This document shows, in pieces, positions 50,801 to 51,337 of a DNA stretch of 51,337 bases (positions are counted from its first letter, which is position 1; every line of letters begins with the position of its first letter). The DNA is from Clostridia bacterium (lineage in GTDB: Bacteria > Bacillota > Clostridia > UBA1381). The notes under the pieces are model-generated. The model was not told the origin of the DNA and did no database searches. It saw nothing but the letters and a program-made list of their open reading frames with translations. Where the stretch lies: contig JAFQYK010000224.1 of assembly GCA_017406485.1 (NCBI GenBank), positions 1 to 51,337 on the forward strand, given 5' to 3'. The position numbers and the translations under genes were made by a program.

Positions 50801-51336
50801 TTGTACTCCTTAAATCTGAAAGCAGCGTTATCCGACGGTGCAAGACCGAGCTGGCCGTAACGGTTAGAACCCCAGGCGAGAACCGAACCGTTTGAAGCGA
50901 TTGCGAACGCGTGGTTATGACCTGCCTCAACGTCTACAATGTTGCTGAGACGCTGCGGGTTCTGTGTAGGTCTCTTTGAGTTTACAGACGCGCTCTTAAC
51001 CGTCTGACCGTTTACAACTGATGTTGTCTGATATTCAAATTCACTGTCACTCGCCATCTGACCTGCCGTAAGGTAAGCAGGTGTGGTGATAACGGCATCT
51101 GTGCTTGCTCTGTAGCTTAGCGCGAGCTGGCTAGAGGCGTTATTACCCCAGGCGAGAACGTGACCGTTCTTATCAACCGCGAGCAGGTAATCGGGGCCTG
51201 CGCTTATAGCGACAATGCCTGTGAGGTAGTTTGTTGTTACTTCATCCTCGCCCTCACCGGTTGTTACCGCCTCAAAGGTGTCCGCCTCACCGGCAAGAAC
51301 TCTCTGCGGAGCGTAAGCGAACGCCGTTGTGCTTGT
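1..51336 (-). CDS. Giant (>=17,112 aa, partial at both ends) RCC1-repeat beta-propeller / Ig-like / cadherin-like multidomain protein, probably surface-exposed
   Basis: Hand translation gives the same frame at both ends: 51336 down reads TSTTAFAYAPQRVLAGEADTFEAVTTGEGEDEVTTNYLTGIVAISAGPDYLL, and 60 down reads IRLQDYVIDTEDPDETRDPL. No stop was found in any sampled segment (1-3180, 12121-12960, 14821-15900, 22681-23340, 24721-25920, parts of 33000-34260, 40261-41040, 46381-46920). The ORF track reports no long minus ORF, as expected if the frame never closes. All 11 short minus ORFs share one other frame (left ends divisible by 3), which argues against a frameshift. Not every codon was checked by hand. 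Confidence 0.95.
12150..12925 (-). other. Thr/Val-rich low-complexity insertion (~255 aa) within an RCC1 blade
   Basis: Flanked by NAALGPNHAII and NNAVYAWGNN. Contains DSTTTTTKDATVETEINGSRTKTTTTTTTVTD, DIVTTTTTNDVVRITVTKSVNGTVTTVTTTTE and QTTTHTTKTVHY. Confidence 0.85.
15035..15260 (-). other. Big_2-like Ig domain inserted inside a propeller blade
   Basis: WGRNNNGQLGNGLG is followed by MYGNEMTVERNAEQTIGVYIPDAVTKTYTSSNTAVATVTDEGVVKGIKTGKAFIEIASTDSNGTKHSTYVRVIVT. The blade then resumes with YVPTKL...IQDISAGGSAGNSFAMAL. Confidence 0.8.
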
Positions 51337-51337
51337 G

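Larger units (their letters stand above)
3150..51336 (-). repeat. Tandem array of ~27 RCC1/BLIP-II-like beta-propeller modules (roughly 185 blades) within the giant CDS
   Basis: Plus-strand CCCCA (Trp-Gly) and CCGAGCTG[G/A]CC (GQLG) recur every ~150-250 bp, e.g. IAAGENFMLALRANGEIYAWGDNTYGQLGLG at ~15445-15540. Seven blades were counted between linkers in the modules examined, e.g. WG at ~27412, 27253, 27086, 26934, 26756, 26576 and 26396. Confidence 0.93.

Overview
The whole window appears to be the interior of one giant minus-strand gene. Read on the - strand with codons aligned to positions 1-3 through 51334-51336, every segment I translated by hand, from both ends and many internal sites, is open and protein-like. 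That gives at least 17,112 aa with no start or stop inside the window, which explains why the ORF track misses it. The short ORFs in the track are shadows of this gene. From N to C (right to left) the protein is a string of about 27 modules, each an RCC1/BLIP-II-type beta-propeller (usually 7 blades, consensus V[YW]xWGxNxYGQLGxG...P..V...I..IAAG..[HF]..AL) followed by a Big_2-like Ig linker with a xFNL motif. At about position 2900 it switches to tandem cadherin-like beta-sandwich domains that run off the left edge. The modules are highly diverged and individually decorated: a Cys/His loop, a Tyr/Gly/Ser loop, a ~255-aa Thr-rich insert, a nested Ig domain, and a five-blade propeller. It is most plausibly a megadalton cell-surface or secreted filament of a Firmicute-like bacterium (inference). 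I found no RNA genes, mobile elements, CRISPR arrays or intergenic DNA. Domain names come from motif recognition by eye, not from database searches.
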